A DNA stretch of 64,000 bases from contig CAVVCK010000001.1 of the NCBI GenBank assembly GCA_963746775.1, positions 418,435-482,434 of the forward strand, read 5' to 3'. Position 1 is the stretch's first letter; every line of letters starts with the position of its first letter. The position numbers were made by a program, and so were the translations under genes. A model generated the notes under the pieces. That model worked only from the letters and a program-made list of their open reading frames with translations, was not told the DNA's origin and searched no databases. Shown piece after piece: positions 62,079 to 64,000 of the stretch. Origin of the DNA: an uncultured bacterium (GTDB lineage Bacteria; Patescibacteriota; JABMPQ01; CAVVCK01).

Positions 62079-64000
62079 CGCTTCTGCCGGAACTCATTCC
62101 TGGACCTCCCTCTCCTCTAATTCTATATTCTACTCGGCCATCAGTTATAGTTGCCAGCCGCGTCAAGCCATCAACTCGCAATGATACTCGGCTAGCATCA
62201 ATACCAGAACCTGCATCTTCATAATTAGCCCAAATAAGTTCCTCTTCATGATATATAGTGCCGGTTGGTCCAAAGCCGGTAATAATTGGACTCTGCGTAT
62301 CAATATTTATTGAAGTTTCATTTGAATAACTGGAAGTATTTGAAGCCGCATCGCGCGCTCTTGCTCTGTAAGACCACCCTCCATCTGCTAATCCCGATCC
62401 AAATTGATAAGAAAATGCACCACTATCATTAGTGTTAGTATAATAATGATACCCCCAAGCGCCTCCTCCTTGTTTTTTCTCTATTAAAACCCTTGAATTT
62501 CTTTCCGCTGTACCAGAAATAATCGGCCTATTATTGTTAGTTATTGAACCGTCCGAAGGTGAATTAATATGAGGAGCAGCCGGCGTAGTAATATCATTAA
62601 AAGTTACCTGCACATTGCCCGCAGCTGTCCCTAAAACGCTTTGCGCAGTAAGATGAGCTAAAGTTTGCGCCTCCCCGTAGCCGTTCCAGACAGATGATTT
62701 TAATTGAAATTCAATAAGCCCATTTTGGGTTAAAAGTTGGATGCCGGCTCTAGCCGCATTTTGGTCCGGCGTAATTATTGTTCCTAAATCAGTGCTAATG
62801 GTAATTTCCTGATTATTAGCCACAATATTGCCTGTTCTATCATAAATCACACCAGAATTAATTGTTGAAGTATAACTGCCATTAGCATCTAAGCTAATGG
62901 GCACAGCTGTCAAATTAATGGCACCCGCTGGATTGCCAGGTATCAAATTAATATTTCGAGAAACATTTTTAACAGACGCGCAATCTAAATCTGTGGCGGT
63001 AATTTCTATTTGCCCATCGCCAATTTTAGTAGCTGGTGTATAGACGGCCGTATATACACCATTGCCATGATCGGCCACGGCTGAAAGGCTGCCTGTCTCT
63101 CCTTCTATGCCATTATTATCAGTCATAGCAATTATTACCGGCTCACCAGCTAATTTAACACCAGTATTTCCTTCATGATCCAGCACCCTCGCTTCTAAAT
63201 TAACCATCTCTATCCCTTCAGCCGAAACTGTATCAGAAGAAGCTGTGAGAGTAATAGTATTAGCGGAAGTAGGTGTATAACCATTTACAATATTAGAAAT
63301 ACTAGACCAATTAGACACTTCATCAGAGGTTTTAATAGCTACATAATATGTTTCTTTTGGCTCTAAATTATCTAAAACAAGAGCTTGATGCGTCCCGGCT
63401 GCCTCAGGTAGAGGAGAATCAATTACTTGGGTAGCACTGTTAAAATTTTCTTCTGTAATAGCTGTTTTGGCATAGCGAATATCATAATCCTTGACCGTGC
63501 CAATATTCTCATCATCACCCACTGTGGTCCATTCTAAATTTAGAGAATGATAAGTTATTTCAGTAATAGCTAAATCAGAAATAGATAATGGCGCGATAGT
63601 ATCTAGGAAATATTTATAACTACCTGAGGTATTAGAATTGCCAGCGGCATCAAAAGCTTCTGCTTCTATAATATTTTCACCCTCCATTAAATTAATATTA
63701 GCTATCGCCCATTTGCCTTCAAGATCTGCCTGCCCGGCATAGTTTTTATGAATATCTTTTATATTAGTTAAAATAATTCTGCTCTCTGCTTCAGCTGTGC
63801 CACTAAAAGTTGCTTGCACACCTTCTAATTCTTCATTTTCATCAAAAGAAGCGTTAAAACTGACATTCCGCTCTGGAACCAAAATTACTGGTGGATCAGG
63901 AGCGGTAATATCAACTGTCGTTTGCGTATCCGACTCATCCGAATACTCTTCTAAATTTTCTGCCAAATCTTTGACTCTTGATCTAAAATAATAAGTAAGA
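62056..64000 (-). CDS. Large Ig-like/FN3 repeat surface protein, 5'-partial
   Basis: Frame is open to the window edge (LTYYFRSRVKDLAEN); repeated DAAGN / ISGTAE Big domains and an FN3 unit (LEPKETYYVAIK). Confidence 0.8.
   Translation of the reverse strand, partial: LTYYFRSRVKDLAENLEEYSDESDTQTTVDITAPDPPVILVPERNVSFNASFDENEELEGVQATFSGTAEAESRIILTNIKDIHKNYAGQADLEGKWAIANINLMEGENIIEAEAFDAAGNSNTSGSYKYFLDTIAPLSISDLAITEITYHSLNLEWTTVGDDENIGTVKDYDIRYAKTAITEENFNSATQVIDSPLPEAAGTHQALVLDNLEPKETYYVAIKTSDEVSNWSSISNIVNGYTPTSANTITLTASSDTVSAEGIEMVNLEARVLDHEGNTGVKLAGEPVIIAMTDNNGIEGETGSLSAVADHGNGVYTAVYTPATKIGDGQIEITATDLDCASVKNVSRNINLIPGNPAGAINLTAVPISLDANGSYTSTINSGVIYDRTGNIVANNQEITISTDLGTIITPDQNAARAGIQLLTQNGLIEFQLKSSVWNGYGEAQTLAHLTAQSVLGTAAGNVQVTFNDITTPAAPHINSPSDGSITNNNRPIISGTAERNSRVLIEKKQGGGAWGYHYYTNTNDSGAFSYQFGSGLADGGWSYRARARDAASNTSSYSNETSINIDTQSPIITGFGPTGTIYHEEELIWANYEDAGSGIDASRVSLRVDGLTRLATITDGRVEYRIRGEGGPGMSSGRSDDSAGWR

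Overview
AT-rich bacterial chromosome segment using the standard genetic code. It is most consistent with a CPR/Patescibacteria genome (inference: array of VirB2/TrbC-like pilins, degenerate DHH protein, 23S-5S unlinked from 16S, near absence of Shine-Dalgarno motifs). It carries an unusually rich biosynthetic block for such an organism: aroA, a tyrA-pheA fusion, an aminotransferase, ilvBNCDE (ilvD frameshifted), hps/phi/rpiB, a threonine synthase fused to a LeuA/CimA-type regulatory domain, and a pdaD-speB-dhs polyamine operon. Also present: archaeal-type valS, tsaD/tsaE, two P-type ATPases, a PilB-like ATPase, tRNA-Leu(CAG), a RAYT with REP palindromes and several other short repeat families. 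Main signals not shown in the ORF track: (1) a promoter-driven operon of three tiny HTH proteins plus an HTH-HEPN-like protein, followed directly by a ~250-nt multi-stem putative ncRNA with complementary kissing loops; (2) two leader-peptide transcription attenuators with the same architecture (Phe/Tyr-rich before the aromatic operon, Ile-rich before thrC); (3) a Met-Ala-stop uORF overlapping a terminator upstream of an ABC-F gene. All family calls come from motif recognition by eye; no database searches were run.
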